Part shown: in pieces, positions 61,796 through 64,000 of the stretch | Layout: each line of letters starts with the position of its first letter | Numbering within the stretch: position 1 is the first letter of the stretch | Assembly: GCA_965112735.1 (NCBI GenBank) | Contig: OZ218965.1 | Location: 1,116,001-1,180,000, forward strand | Length of the DNA: 64,000 bases | Direction of reading: 5' to 3' | DNA from: Phaeosaccion multiseriatum | Taxonomy: Eukaryota; Protista; Ochrophyta, other classes | Made by a program: the position numbers and the translations under genes | The notes under the pieces: generated by a model | What the model was told of the DNA's origin: nothing | What the model saw: only the letters and a program-made list of their open reading frames with translations | Database searches by the model: none

Positions 61796-62916
61796 CTGGC
61801 AGGAAGCGTTTCGAGACGGAGGCAGGACGGGTAGGAAGGGAGGCGGCCCTGAGAAGGCGGCGACAGCCTCTTCGAATAGGGGGGGCAACAAGTCGAGGTG
61901 AGCGGGGCGGATGGGAGTGCTCTCTGGCTTGGCGGTGCTTTTGAGGTTACCGAATGCCCATCTGCAGCTCCTCCTGCTGCTATCTGTTCTCTGATCCTCT
62001 TCCCTGCCCCTTTCCCCGCCTCTGCCTGCCCCCTCTTGCCCCCACCCCACAGCCCGTCGCCCAGACCGACCCAGCCCCCTTTGGCTGCTCCACTCGAGCA
62101 AGACGGTGGTGCTTCAGGGATGATGCAAGCACGGGGTACACACGTCAGATGGGGGCAGCGCGGGCGGGGCCGCTGAGCGAAGCCGCAGAGGAGATGAAGA
62201 AGGACGGGAGGGGGAAGGAGGAGGCGGAGAGGAAGAGGAATGAGGTCCAGGATGAGACTGAGGCGGAGGGGGGACAGAAGGGGAAGGCAGTCTGTTTGAT
62301 AGGGGTGTAATTTTTGCAAAGTGGAGTTGAGGTGTTCCTTCTACTGTGAGTGTGAATGGTGGTGCTGCCCCACTATTGCTATTGCATGCGCTCCTCCAGA
62401 GCATTTGGAGTGGAGCAGGGCAGAGCATTGCGGCCCTGGCTTAGGGGAAGGCGCCCACCCGCCCGTGCAGCAGCGATGCAAGCGGAATGGGCCAGGACTG
62501 GTGGGGGCATGCGTGATCAGGGTTCAGGCAATGAAGAGCTCACACAATAGACTTCCTGCTTGGCGCTCTCCGCGGGGGGTTGAATAAGGGCAGCAGTAGA
62601 AGATGAGAAAGGGGGAGGGCGTTTCAAATATGTCATTGGAGAGGGGTGCGTGGCACTGCCGTTTCGCGGCGAGAGGCGTGTGAGGCTCTTCTCAGAGTTT
62701 CGGAGAAAGGAAGCCGGTGCTAGGCCCAAAGTCGACATATCTATCTATACATGCGTTATGCTATGGTACGCACTGATTCGGCTGGAAGAAGAAGCACACT
62801 TCTCACAAAGACATCCCAAAGAGAGAGGGGCTGAAGTGAAGCCCCTTTCTATGGCACCGTGTGCGAAACAGAACGATGCTTGACGCAGGAGGGGCCACGC
62901 TGTCTGTCCTGGTCAC

Positions 62917-64000
62917 TCAGTCCTCGCAGTCGCAGGGGTGACCATTGGCGTGCACCCACTGCTTCATCTCCTCAAGGGCGGCAGAGGCAATATCCCATCT
63001 AAGATCGCCATATTCGTTTTTCACGACTTGTGGGCATGCCCTCCTATCCCAGGGACACATGACCTCCTCCGAGCGGAGCCACTTCAGGACAGAGAGGCTC
63101 TCACCGCCATAAACTGCTGCAGTAGTGACATATTCATCCCACGTGCACAGCTCCCGTGCGTTTGCATGCAGCCACTGCAGCACTTCCAGATTGCCTTGCT
63201 CGGCCGCCCAGAAAGCCCCCCACCTCCACCCGCTGTAGTTACCTGCCGCCTCCATCTTAGCTCTGACCTTGGGATGGTGCACAAGCATGTCCAACACGCT
63301 GAAATGCCCCGCCTGCACAGCCCCCTCCAACATATCAAATTGGGGAGGGCCCCCAAACTCGTCGGACAGCAGCCACGTAAGAACCTCCACATGGCCGCAC
63401 TTGCCAGCTTCGCGACAAGTAAGGCTCTGATCCCACGGGCACCGCTCCTTGTTGGGCAGGTCCTCCGCTCGCAGCCATTGGAGGATGCTCAGTGCGTGCT
63501 TTTCATTCCTCACCGCAACCATGCATATGGTCAAACCCCAGGTACACCCCATGCTGTGAAGAGCCTTGCAAATACGCAAGTCTCCGTACTGTGCCGCAGC
63601 CTCAAAAGTGTTCACACTCAGCTCATACCCGTACTTCCTGGCCCACCTCAAACGCTCCTCAGACTCAACCACACTCCTGATCCGGGTTGTCTTGGCCCAA
63701 TGAAGACGTCTGTAGTGCTCCTTCCACTCCTTGCTCACCGCCGCTACGAACAAGTCGTGCCCACCACCAGTCCACTCCATCACGCTACGGAGCATTACAG
63801 CCTGGGCCAGAGCCTCTTCACAAGCTTCGAAGGTCTGAGCATCGCTTCCCTCGCCTCCAGCAAGGGCAGCGGGACCGGGAGTAGGTGTTGAAGCGGCACC
63901 GGCACCACCGCTTCCATGCAAAGTCAGACATACTTCCCCTGCCGAGGAGTCGGTGGGTGGAGCTGGCTGGAGCCTTTTGCCGCCATGCTTTCGGCTCGGT
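62917..64000 (-). CDS. Intronless F-box-like/ankyrin-type repeat protein copy 3 (start codon expected a few nt beyond the window)
   Basis: Open frame; N-terminal half nearly identical to copy 1; AAQYGDL, EAGKCGHVEVLTWL, AAEQGNLEVLQWL, CPWD. Confidence 0.85.
   Translation of the reverse strand, partial: PSRKHGGKRLQPAPPTDSSAGEVCLTLHGSGGAGAASTPTPGPAALAGGEGSDAQTFEACEEALAQAVMLRSVMEWTGGGHDLFVAAVSKEWKEHYRRLHWAKTTRIRSVVESEERLRWARKYGYELSVNTFEAAAQYGDLRICKALHSMGCTWGLTICMVAVRNEKHALSILQWLRAEDLPNKERCPWDQSLTCREAGKCGHVEVLTWLLSDEFGGPPQFDMLEGAVQAGHFSVLDMLVHHPKVRAKMEAAGNYSGWRWGAFWAAEQGNLEVLQWLHANARELCTWDEYVTTAAVYGGESLSVLKWLRSEEVMCPWDRRACPQVVKNEYGDLRWDIASAALEEMKQWVHANGHPCDCED

Larger units (their letters stand above)
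58200..64000. repeat. Direct duplication (~3.9 kb period): bromodomain 3' fragment, spacer and minus-strand ankyrin gene (58200-60098 vs 62150-64000)
   Basis: ggggcagcgcgggcgg..ctgagcgaagccgcagag at 58204 and ~62152; spacer gtggagttgaggtgttcc at 58506 and 62321; ankyrin genes collinear. Confidence 0.9.

Overview
GC-rich, intron-dense eukaryotic DNA with microsatellite-filled introns, most likely from a photosynthetic stramenopile (ochrophyte): the GGPP synthase starts with a signal peptide ending ATA-F, typical of bipartite plastid targeting. I spliced the genes by hand from GT/GC-AG junctions and reading frame. Housekeeping genes are an SLC35A-type nucleotide-sugar transporter, HDDC2, GGPPS, 3-hydroxyisobutyrate dehydrogenase and a BET-like bromodomain protein. 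They are interleaved with three locally duplicated accessory families: (i) an inverted pair of secreted proteins with Cys-rich GGxGC...CRFCG modules; (ii) a tandem pair of secreted proteins (24.1-31.9 kb and 33.1-41.6 kb, minus strand), each with nine 4-Cys LNR/Notch-like modules; (iii) three intronless F-box-like/ankyrin-type genes. There is also a ~2000-aa Gly/Ala/acidic protein ending in a bulb-lectin-like domain. The standout is family (ii). Its modules are encoded by alternating, phase-compatible micro-exon cassettes (A: phase 2 to 1, B: phase 1 to 2) with well-conserved introns and hypervariable codons, a candidate exon-shuffling or combinatorial-splicing diversification system. All gene models are manual and unconfirmed by transcripts; most entries in the ORF track are microsatellite artefacts.
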